In this document: positions 56,558 to 64,000 of the stretch, piece by piece
Layout: the number at the start of each line of letters is the position of its first letter
How positions within the stretch are numbered: the stretch's first letter is position 1
Assembly: GCA_050246755.1 (NCBI GenBank)
Contig: JBFWVL010000001.1
Coordinates: forward strand, 480,001-544,000
Reading direction: 5' to 3'
Length of the DNA: 64,000 nt
Source of the DNA: Bacteriovoracia bacterium
GTDB lineage: Bacteria; Bdellovibrionota; UBA1018; CAIPTA01
Made by a program: the position numbers and the translations under genes
The notes under the pieces: generated by a model
Databases searched by the model: none
Told to the model about the DNA's origin: nothing
The model's input: only the letters and a program-made list of their open reading frames with translations

Positions 56558-56995
56558 TTATCTCTTCACATTTCCGCGCAGCAGAACCTCTACCTGCTTC
56601 ACCTCGAAACCACCCTTGAGCGTGGTCGCGATTTCTACTTCTTCGGGAGCGAGATCGAAAAGCTCCCCGCTTTTCTCGTCGAGGAAGTGGTGGTGAAAGG
56701 AAATATTATTGTCGTAGATCACCTTCTCGGAATGCGGGAAGCGAAGTTCCTTGAGGAGCCCGGCTTTCACGAGAATCCCGAGGGTATTGTAGACGGTGGC
56801 TAAACTCATCTTGGGAAAATTCTTATCGGCCCAGTCCTTCACTTGTTCGGCGGTGGGATGATCGGCCTGGCAAAGCACGTAGCGGCAGATCGCAATTCTT
56901 TGCGCCGTAGGCTGCACGCCCGCCTGGAGCAAACGGCCCTCCACTTCGGAAGGGCTCAGGCAGTGGTCTCGTTCTTTTAAGCCGAGGGCTTTCAT
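56558..56995 (-). CDS. Fur-family regulator, Irr/PerR-like (HHH motif, no CxxC)
   Basis: T.QR.AI, HPTAE, SLATVYNTL, YDNN..FHHHF. Confidence 0.92.
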   Translation of the reverse strand: MKALGLKERDHCLSPSEVEGRLLQAGVQPTAQRIAICRYVLCQADHPTAEQVKDWADKNFPKMSLATVYNTLGILVKAGLLKELRFPHSEKVIYDNNISFHHHFLDEKSGELFDLAPEEVEIATTLKGGFEVKQVEVLLRGNVKR

Positions 56996-56998
56996 TGG

Positions 56999-57030
56999 TT
57001 TAGAATAATTCTAAATCGAGACCGAGTCAA
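56999..57030 (-). promoter_or_regulatory. Perfect ICE-like palindrome overlapping the -10 of the regulator's leaderless promoter
   Basis: TTTAGAA-TAA-TTCTAAA (56999-57015); minus strand TTGACT-N17-TATTCT-N6-ATG. Confidence 0.85.
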
Positions 57031-57152
57031 TAACTATTATTAACAACTAGTAATAACAGCCACTTAGCTAGGGGCTTTCTTCCTCTTGGCTATGAGCAGC
57101 AGGGCACCTATCCTACTAGAGACCGGATTTTTGGAAACAAGGAGGCTTCCAG

Positions 57153-57770
57153 ATGAAGAGTGTTTTATTTCTTACCCTGACCCTTGCCGCCCTCATTTCG
57201 AGCACGCCCGCCTGGGCTATGCGTTTTGCCCTCGTGGGCGCGGCCAATATGAGCGAACCCAAAGTGGCCGGCACGGAATATACTGCCAAGAACGGTTTCG
57301 GCTACGGCGCGCTCCTCGAATTCGGGATCGTCCCCTTCTTCACCATGGAAATGGGCGCGCTCAAGCTCGCACGAAACTACGAATACGGTGCGGTGGTTCC
57401 GACGATTTCCAGCACGGAAGCAAAAATGAAAATGATTGAGTTCCCCGTGGTATTCAAAGCGTACCTCGGCCACGCGCTCTCGCTGGGCATCGGAGGCTAC
57501 TACGCCAAATACCAGGGTGATATCTCTTACGAAAAAACCGACGCGTTCGGGGTAAAGAGCATAACGTCGCAATCGCTTCGTGCGGCGAATCACAGCGAAT
57601 CCGACTATGGCTTGGTGACCAGCCTAGGCCTCTATTTTCCTCTCGCCCCCCTCACCCGCATCATGGTGGACGGGCGTTATACTCTCGGCATCAAAGACAA
57701 TAATATTGGCGCGGGCACCACCACCTATAATGACCTTCAGCTCCTAGCCGGAATCCGATTCTCGTTCTAA
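57153..57770 (+). CDS. Outer membrane beta-barrel protein (8-strand type)
   Basis: Signal peptide, amphipathic strands, C-terminal GIRFSF beta signal; AAGGAGG SD. Confidence 0.88.
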   Translation: MKSVLFLTLTLAALISSTPAWAMRFALVGAANMSEPKVAGTEYTAKNGFGYGALLEFGIVPFFTMEMGALKLARNYEYGAVVPTISSTEAKMKMIEFPVVFKAYLGHALSLGIGGYYAKYQGDISYEKTDAFGVKSITSQSLRAANHSESDYGLVTSLGLYFPLAPLTRIMVDGRYTLGIKDNNIGAGTTTYNDLQLLAGIRFSF

Positions 57771-57773
57771 TGC

Positions 57774-57794
57774 GTTAGGCGCATTGCGCCTAAC
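57774..57794. repeat. Perfect 10-bp inverted repeat after the OMP stop
   Basis: GTTAGGCGCA-T-TGCGCCTAAC, with no U-tract. Confidence 0.65.
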
Positions 57795-57842
57795 CGCGAA
57801 TGCCCTTCCCAAACCGTTTTTATCTTGGGATAAAAGACGGTG

Positions 57843-58589
57843 ATGCCTACCGAAACCCTGATCAGCAGCCGGAGCCCGCTGCTCCTGCTCTCCGATCTCG
57901 ACGATACGATCAAGATCTCCAATACCGCCTCGAAGCTGGTCACGGTGTATCGCGGCCTTTTTCGCTCTTCGGCTTTTACCGGCATGGCCCAGCTCTACGA
58001 AGAATTGCTCGCCGCGCATCCGGGCTCCGAATTCCATATCGTTTCCTCCTCGCCACCGGCGATCCGGAAAAAGATCGAAGCTTTTCTGAAAAAAAATAAA
58101 TTTCCCGCCGCCAAGCTCACGCTCCGCGACTGGCTTCGCCAAACTTCCGTGGCAGGCTATAAAAAAGCCGCCATCCTCGAGCTGATCCAGGATTCCCAAT
58201 GCCCAGTGATCCTGATTGGCGACGACACCGAGCATGATCCGGAAGTATTCGCCGCCGCCGCCGAAAAATTTCCGCGCAAAGTGGTGGCGCGCTACCTGCG
58301 GGCCGTGCGCGGGCGGAAGCTGCCCACCGGATCCACCGAATTTTTTACCGCTTTCGATATCGCCTGCGCGGAGCTCACCGCCGGCCGCCTGCTGAGCGCG
58401 CAGGCGCTGCGCATCGGCGAAGCAGTCTTGAAGGCCGATAAAAACTCGCGGCTGATCCCTTGGTTCTCGCTGAAACCGCCCGCCGGGTTCATGCCGCTGC
58501 TGAAGGATCCCGATGCCGACTTGCTCGACCTTTGGAAAAAAGTTCAAGAAAAAGTGCAAGCCATTCCCCGTAGAAAGACCAAGCCATGA
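57843..58589 (+). CDS. App1/DUF2183-family phosphatidate phosphatase-like HAD protein
   Basis: LSDLDDTIKIS, GMA.LY, VSSSP, LRDW, LIGDDTEHDPE. Confidence 0.85.
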   Translation: MPTETLISSRSPLLLLSDLDDTIKISNTASKLVTVYRGLFRSSAFTGMAQLYEELLAAHPGSEFHIVSSSPPAIRKKIEAFLKKNKFPAAKLTLRDWLRQTSVAGYKKAAILELIQDSQCPVILIGDDTEHDPEVFAAAAEKFPRKVVARYLRAVRGRKLPTGSTEFFTAFDIACAELTAGRLLSAQALRIGEAVLKADKNSRLIPWFSLKPPAGFMPLLKDPDADLLDLWKKVQEKVQAIPRRKTKP

Positions 58590-59698
58590 ACCGAACCCAG
58601 CAAGTAAAAATCAAAAAAGGCAGCGTGCTCGTTTACCGGATTTTCGACATCGCCGAGGAACTCCAGCTTTCGGTGGCCGAGTCGAAGCTGAAAGATTTGC
58701 GTGGCTCCGATCACTTCAAGCTGCCGAAATTCATCGATCGCGGCTTGATCATGAAAAGCAAACCGGTGGCCTTCGGGCGCGGCGAAGTAGACCTGAAACT
58801 GGAATGCGGCAATTATAAAATGGAGACGCTTGGCAAGCTCCGCGATTACGGCACGCTCTCGCTGATCTACCAAATTCAGCTCAAGCCCGGAACCACCTGG
58901 AGCGAACTCGTGGAGCTCGCCGCCGATCTCGAAGAGGGATCCGAGATCGATACCATTGCCCAGGCCGAAGCCCTGGAAGTGGCCAAGCTGATCGAGCCGG
59001 CGCTGAAGCGCCCTACCACTTGGAGCACCTTTGAAGACTACGTGATCTATTTCCTCGAGGAATTCGAGGACGACGTGAGCGCGCACAACCTCGTGGAGCG
59101 GGCCGACGTGGCCGCCCTCATGCTCGCCGAAGACGATACCGTCCTCGCCAAGGCCACCCGCGAGAGCATGGTGGAAAATATCTACCAGTACGGCGACAAC
59201 GACCTCGCGCTCGTGGAATGGAACTCGGCGCTGGTGGTGGAGCCGAACGGCATCCGCGATATTCCCGACATCCTGGAATTCGCCCTCACTCACCTGCTCG
59301 AGATGCGCTTCTACGACGATCTCCTCGACAAGCGCCTGAACGCACTCTACGACGACGTGGAGCGAAGCAAGAAAGGCTTCCGCCTCCAAGCCCCTTTCGG
59401 CAAAGTGTACGAAGAGGCCAGCTCCCGCTATATCGAATTTTCGGAATTCATCGAAAAGGTGGAGAACTCCCTCAAAGTGGTGGGGGATTTCTACCTCGCC
59501 ACCGTTTACCGCGCGGCGAACCGCCGTTTCCGCCTGAGCGATTGGCAGCAGAACATCACCCGGAAGATGAACCTGCTCGCGCAGGTATCCAGCCTCCTTC
59601 AGGGCGAAGTGAACATGCGCCGGAGCCACTTGATGGAGATCACCATCATCGTGCTGATCGCGTTCGAGATCCTTTCCACGGTTCTGAAAGTTTTCTAG
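58586..59698 (+). CDS. RMD1/DUF155-like protein with C-terminal TM helix
   Basis: Helical body ending RRSHLMEITIIVLIAFEI, like the DUF155 LE..II.LI..EI tail; D.YLA.VY. Confidence 0.65.
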   Translation: MNRTQQVKIKKGSVLVYRIFDIAEELQLSVAESKLKDLRGSDHFKLPKFIDRGLIMKSKPVAFGRGEVDLKLECGNYKMETLGKLRDYGTLSLIYQIQLKPGTTWSELVELAADLEEGSEIDTIAQAEALEVAKLIEPALKRPTTWSTFEDYVIYFLEEFEDDVSAHNLVERADVAALMLAEDDTVLAKATRESMVENIYQYGDNDLALVEWNSALVVEPNGIRDIPDILEFALTHLLEMRFYDDLLDKRLNALYDDVERSKKGFRLQAPFGKVYEEASSRYIEFSEFIEKVENSLKVVGDFYLATVYRAANRRFRLSDWQQNITRKMNLLAQVSSLLQGEVNMRRSHLMEITIIVLIAFEILSTVLKVF

Positions 59699-59701
59699 CG
59701 G

Positions 59702-61177
59702 ATGCGCCGCTGGCTCCGTCCGAAAAACTTTGCGCCGGCTATGCTCGCGGCCGCGCTCGGTATTTTTTTCGCGCTCACGCTGTTTCCCATTTCCTACCCC
59801 GGCCTTCACTACGACGAGCTTTTTTTCGTGAACGCCGCCCTAGGAGATCTCAACGGATTTTTCGTCTTCGCCAAGCTCGGCGCGCTGCCCCTCTACCTCA
59901 TGCCTTATATCGGCGCCCTCAAGGCATGGATTTATTGGCCGATCTTTAAGGTCTTCGGCGTTTCTGTCTGGTCGGTTCGCCTCCCGGTTCTATTGCTTGC
60001 CGCGGGCGGGATCGCGCTCCTCTTTCGCCTGGCAAAGATTCTCGGTGGCGGCTGGGTGGCGGTGCTCACGGTTTTCTTACTCGTGGCGAATCCCACTTTC
60101 GTTTGGGGGATAAAATCAGAAGTAGGCCCGGTGGCGATCGAGTTTTTTCTCCAGGTGGCCGGCGCCTACGCGCTTTTCACGGGCGCCGGCGCCCCGGTGC
60201 TCACGGCATTATTTATTCTTGGGATGTTCAACAAAATCAGCTTTATCTGGTGGGTTGCCGGGGTGGTGGCCGCTGGAACGCTCTTTTTTCCGGCGCGCCG
60301 GCGCGCCCTCCTGATCGCGGGCGGCCTCAGCGCTCTTTTTATTCCGGCTTGGAATGCCTACTTTCATTTCGTGAGCCCCACCGGCGAATTCTCCTCATTT
60401 TCCGCCGCCGCCCGCTGGGAGTATATGAATCCCCTTTGGCAGTCCGTGCTCGAGGGCGTTAACTTCTATCGGCTGGTATTTGATCCCTACGCGGGAATCC
60501 ATCCGAACGCAAAGCACTGGGCTGCTGGGATCTTTCTGGGTTGGATTTACTTTGGCTTCGTGTCGCACAATAAGGAGAACCGGAATGCCATCCGCTTCCT
60601 GGGCGCGCAAATTCTCGTCACGTTCACCTGCATTTTTTTCACCGCCCGCGCCACCGCCTATTGGCATTTCCTCCACCTAATCCCCTGGTTCGCCTTGCTG
60701 AGCGCTCTGGTGCTTCAGCGGCTTCGTTACGCCGGCGCGGCCATCGCGATCCTCCTTTTGTTCCAGCTCTCGGTGGTTTCTTCTGCCTACGTGCGAAAAA
60801 ACGGCGGCGCGCCGATGAACCCATATTGGTCTACCGCCACCTATCCGCTGATCGACTGGTGCCGGGCCGAGAACCGGAAATGCGTGTCCCTCGAATGGGG
60901 CACCCAGAACCAGATCTTTTCCTTCGTGCGCGATCCGCAGCGCGCCTGGGAATTCCTGGCCTATCCGATACTGGATCCCGAGCTGCACTACGTGGCCTAT
61001 AGTTACGGCGCAGTCCGCAGTCCGATGGACCGAAAAGCAGATTTTTTTAAAATGGTAGAAGAGGCGGGAAAAAAGACCGAGATTGAAACCCGTTTCGACG
61101 AAAAGGGTAAGGCGATTTTCGAAGTGTATCGAATAACAGAGAAGGGCATCCCTGCCCCTCCGCTGAAGTCGAAATAA
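59702..61177 (+). CDS. GT-C fold membrane glycosyltransferase (ArnT/PMT-like)
   Basis: PGLHYDE, FG.SVWSVRLP; about 11-12 TM segments plus a soluble C-terminus. Confidence 0.75.
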   Translation: MRRWLRPKNFAPAMLAAALGIFFALTLFPISYPGLHYDELFFVNAALGDLNGFFVFAKLGALPLYLMPYIGALKAWIYWPIFKVFGVSVWSVRLPVLLLAAGGIALLFRLAKILGGGWVAVLTVFLLVANPTFVWGIKSEVGPVAIEFFLQVAGAYALFTGAGAPVLTALFILGMFNKISFIWWVAGVVAAGTLFFPARRRALLIAGGLSALFIPAWNAYFHFVSPTGEFSSFSAAARWEYMNPLWQSVLEGVNFYRLVFDPYAGIHPNAKHWAAGIFLGWIYFGFVSHNKENRNAIRFLGAQILVTFTCIFFTARATAYWHFLHLIPWFALLSALVLQRLRYAGAAIAILLLFQLSVVSSAYVRKNGGAPMNPYWSTATYPLIDWCRAENRKCVSLEWGTQNQIFSFVRDPQRAWEFLAYPILDPELHYVAYSYGAVRSPMDRKADFFKMVEEAGKKTEIETRFDEKGKAIFEVYRITEKGIPAPPLKSK

Positions 61178-61852
61178 CTATTGGGCCAGCGTTAAGAAGC
61201 CGCCGAAGATGGACGCGTTATCATCGTCGTTATCTTGGTTTCTATTATTGTTACGGCCGCGGCCGCGAGAGTCGCCGTTGATGGCATCGCCTTCATCGCC
61301 GTACACTACGCCGTCGATGGCCACGAAACCGTGCGCATGCTTGCCCAAATTATTGCTCTGGTGCACCCAGTGAATGATCGCACCTACGGGCGAGGGCGGA
61401 TAACGGCCGGCTTGAGCGAAGGAGTTAATGAAGTCACCACAGGCAACGACCACGGCTCCGTCGCGGATATTCGCGATATCGCCGAACTCACGGTTATAGA
61501 CTACTTCTAAGTGGTTGGCGGTAGGATTGCGGGCGTCGGCGCGGGCGTCGAGCTCCATGTCGAAGTGCAGGTGACTGGTTTTGTTGTTGAGAAGTTTTAC
61601 GAATTTACCGGTCACGAGAGCGCGATCCATGTACTGATTCTTTTGTTCGGTCTTCCAGCGAACTACCTGCTCATTATTATTATCGCGGATGGGCTGGCGG
61701 CTTCTGTCGAGGCATTCGGGGAGTTGCCCAGAGACCGGTTTCGAAGGCTGGGACCCCGGATTTGGATTCCAAGGATTCTTGCGCGCGAAAGCATCGTTGG
61801 TGAAAGTGAAAGCGACGAGCAGGGCCAGGAAGGCGAAATTCTTAAAAAGCAT
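61178..61852 (-). CDS. Secreted DUF3465-like (OB-fold) protein
   Basis: Signal peptide; G.FVKLL..., H.HF, IIHWVH......HAHGF..IDG..Y. Confidence 0.7.
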   Translation of the reverse strand: MLFKNFAFLALLVAFTFTNDAFARKNPWNPNPGSQPSKPVSGQLPECLDRSRQPIRDNNNEQVVRWKTEQKNQYMDRALVTGKFVKLLNNKTSHLHFDMELDARADARNPTANHLEVVYNREFGDIANIRDGAVVVACGDFINSFAQAGRYPPSPVGAIIHWVHQSNNLGKHAHGFVAIDGVVYGDEGDAINGDSRGRGRNNNRNQDNDDDNASIFGGFLTLAQ

Positions 61853-61996
61853 GTATCCCCCTTATGATTGACTTGCGGGGGTTATATGGACAGGTGCAAC
61901 AAAAGACAAGCTTCATCTGGCTAGGCGCATATAAATACGGCTATTTTCGCCGCCGTGCCTGAGGAAATAGGTCCGCTGTGCTAGCCTAAAGCTCTA

Positions 61997-62551
61997 ATGA
62001 GTAAGGCATTCGTTAAAGAAGATAGCGAACCGGAAGAAGAAGAAGGCGAAGAACAGGGCACTCCCCTGCCTTCCGGTAAAAATTACATTACCCCTCATGG
62101 GATCGCGCGCATGCGCGAAGAGCTGAAGCGCATCCTCGACGAAGAAAGGCCCGTGGTGGTGCGCACCGTGAGCTGGGCAGCTTCCAATGGCGATCGCTCC
62201 GAAAACGGAGACTATTTATACGGCAAAAAGAAACTCCGCGAGCTCGACCGCCGCATTCGCTTTCTCACCAAACGCCTCGAGATCGCCGAAGTGGTGAATC
62301 CCCTCGAGCAGAAAGGCGATACCGTGCTCTTCGGCGCTACCGTGGTGGTGGCCGATGAGGAAGGAAAAAAACGTACCTATTCCATCGTGGGCGTGGATGA
62401 AACCGATATCGGGAGAGGCCGCGTGAGCTGGATCTCTCCTATCGGGAAGGCCCTCCTGCAGGCCGAAAAAGGCGAAGTGGTCACCCTGCGCACCCCGAGA
62501 GGCGAGGAAGATCTTGAAATTGTGGACGTACGCTATGAAGAACTCCCTTAG
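61997..62551 (+). CDS. greB: Transcription elongation factor GreB
   Basis: MSKAFVKE, NYITP.G, WAASNGDRSENGDYLYGKK.LRE.DRRIRFL, SWISPIGKALL. Confidence 0.96.
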   Translation: MSKAFVKEDSEPEEEEGEEQGTPLPSGKNYITPHGIARMREELKRILDEERPVVVRTVSWAASNGDRSENGDYLYGKKKLRELDRRIRFLTKRLEIAEVVNPLEQKGDTVLFGATVVVADEEGKKRTYSIVGVDETDIGRGRVSWISPIGKALLQAEKGEVVTLRTPRGEEDLEIVDVRYEELP

Positions 62552-63800
62552 CCAGCCGCGCGACCGCGCGGTGCTCGACTTCATGCTCCTCTACGCCAAA
62601 CACTACCTGGCCAGCGGCGGCCCCACCTCGCGTCTCGAGGACAGCTTGCTCCGCATCGGTAGCTTCTATAATCGCCAGGCTGAAATCTTTGCCACGCCTA
62701 CGGGCGTATTCGTTACGCTGAACGATCCCACCACGGAAGACGATCCCAAAACCGCGCTTTTGCGTATCCGCGAAACGGGAACCGACCTTGGCCAGCTCTG
62801 CAAACTGGAGCGGATCTTCGACGATCTGCTCGGCGGGCAAATCAGCCTGTTCAGCGCGAACGAATCCATTCGCAGCCCCGCCATGACGGCTCTGCCCTAC
62901 CGTCCGCTCGTGACGGCGCTCGCCGCCTTTCTAGCGGGCATAGCCTCGAGCTTTCAAAACTACCAGCGCTGGACCGCCGCCCTCGTGAGCGGCCTGATCA
63001 CGGTGATCATTTGGTTCCTGATGAAATCGGTGGTGAAGCGCCATATCTCCAATCCGATCTTTTCAGATTTCATGGGCGCTTTCCTCACCCTCACCTTCGC
63101 CGCCTGTGCCCATGCGCTTTTTTCCCCGATCTCGATCGAGGCCTACGCGATCGGCGGAATCGTGCTACTCGTGCCGGGGCTGGCGCTCACCACCGCGATC
63201 GCGGAACTAGCCGAACAAAATCTGGTTTCCGGCACCGCCAAATTCATGCAGGCCACCCTCGCCCTGCTCGCGCTGGGCCTGGCCTACGTTTTATTCCAGC
63301 AGCTCTCTTTCTCCCTCTCGCTGCGCTCGGTGCTGCGGCCGGTGGCGGGAGTGGAAAAAATGCACTGGGCTTCGCTGCTGGCGGCCGTGCTCGTAAGTAT
63401 CAGCTGCTTCGGAGTGATCTTTAAAGTTCCTCCCCGCGCGCTAATCTGGAGCAGCTTCACGGGAGTGGCGGGCGCGGCTTGTTTCCATTTGCTGATCGGA
63501 ACCCGCGGCGCCGCGGCGGCCCCTTACGTGGCGGCGGTGATGGTGGGCGTGGTGAGCCTGGGCCTCGGAAGGCTATCGCGGCTGCCCTCGCAGGTATATT
63601 CGGTGCCGGGGATCGTGGCCATGCTGCCCGGGATGCTGGCGCTGAATAGCTTCCGGTATTTCGCCACCGGAGATCAGGATACCGGGCTTTCCTTTATTTT
63701 TCAGGTGGCGATCACGGCGGTGAGCATCGTGTTCGGCCTGATGACGGCGCGGATTCCCTTTGCGATTTTGGGGGCGCGGCTGAGTAAGAGAAACGGCTGA
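62535..63800 (+). CDS. ThrE-family threonine/serine exporter
   Basis: SGGPTSRLE, TPTG, LLVPGL.LT.A..EL....LVSG, PGIV.MLPG; about 10 TM segments. Confidence 0.9.
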   Translation: MKNSLSQPRDRAVLDFMLLYAKHYLASGGPTSRLEDSLLRIGSFYNRQAEIFATPTGVFVTLNDPTTEDDPKTALLRIRETGTDLGQLCKLERIFDDLLGGQISLFSANESIRSPAMTALPYRPLVTALAAFLAGIASSFQNYQRWTAALVSGLITVIIWFLMKSVVKRHISNPIFSDFMGAFLTLTFAACAHALFSPISIEAYAIGGIVLLVPGLALTTAIAELAEQNLVSGTAKFMQATLALLALGLAYVLFQQLSFSLSLRSVLRPVAGVEKMHWASLLAAVLVSISCFGVIFKVPPRALIWSSFTGVAGAACFHLLIGTRGAAAAPYVAAVMVGVVSLGLGRLSRLPSQVYSVPGIVAMLPGMLALNSFRYFATGDQDTGLSFIFQVAITAVSIVFGLMTARIPFAILGARLSKRNG

Positions 63801-63806
63801 GAAACT

Positions 63807-64000
63807 TTAGGCGCTCTCCCCCGCCGCATTTCCCGAAGCCCAGGCCCACTGGAAATTATAGCCTCCGAGCCAACCCGTAACGTCCACCACTTCGCCGATA
63901 AAAAACAATCCGGGAACTTTCTTGGCCTCCAGCGTGCGTGAGGAAAGCTCGTTCGTATTGAGTCCGCCGCGGGTAACTTCGGCTTTACCGTAGCCCCCGG
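63807..64000 (-). CDS. HI0933/BaiN-family flavoprotein, C-terminal part (runs off window end)
   Basis: Manual translation: KAEVTRGGLNTNELSSRTLEAKKVPGLFFIGEVVDVTGWLGGYNFQWAWASG, TAA at 63807-63809. Confidence 0.92.
   Translation of the reverse strand, partial: GGYGKAEVTRGGLNTNELSSRTLEAKKVPGLFFIGEVVDVTGWLGGYNFQWAWASGNAAGESA

Noticed and set aside
57774-57794. GTTAGGC...GCCTAAC resembles integron attC core sites
   Set aside because: The order is reversed relative to RYYYAAC...GTTRRRY, the element is only 21 bp, and there is no integrase or cassette array.
1-64000. CRISPR array, tRNA/rRNA, prophage, IS or integrase genes
   Set aside because: I found no regularly spaced repeats, RNA gene signatures or mobile-element proteins, and the intergenic gaps are short.

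Overview
Gene-dense, GC-rich chromosomal window from a diderm bacterium. Gene content suggests Bdellovibrionota/Oligoflexia, but this is an inference from many secreted orphan proteins and hydrolases, a Bd1075/Csd6-like L,D-peptidase and sigma28/sigma54 promoters. The window holds a de novo purine cluster (purF-E-C-D-N-L-Q-H-M, no purK or purB), recO, galE/gmhB and an LPS glycosyltransferase-msbA cluster interrupted by a repeat-flanked 2.1 kb LysR cassette. It also carries phhA, an FAA hydrolase, topA, two Gre factors, a TetR-TolC-AcrB operon with no adaptor gene, a cytochrome b/Moco oxidoreductase pair and an Irr/PerR-like-ahpC-ahpD-dps module with ICE-like boxes. I saw no rRNA, tRNA, CRISPR array, transposase or integrase. 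The most notable observations are a tandem-domain PurE, pervasive leaderless-looking promoters (including a sigma28 set on secreted orphans), candidate clan CD protease and ART-like effectors, and two small repeated hairpin elements. All calls come from manual motif recognition, with no database searches.
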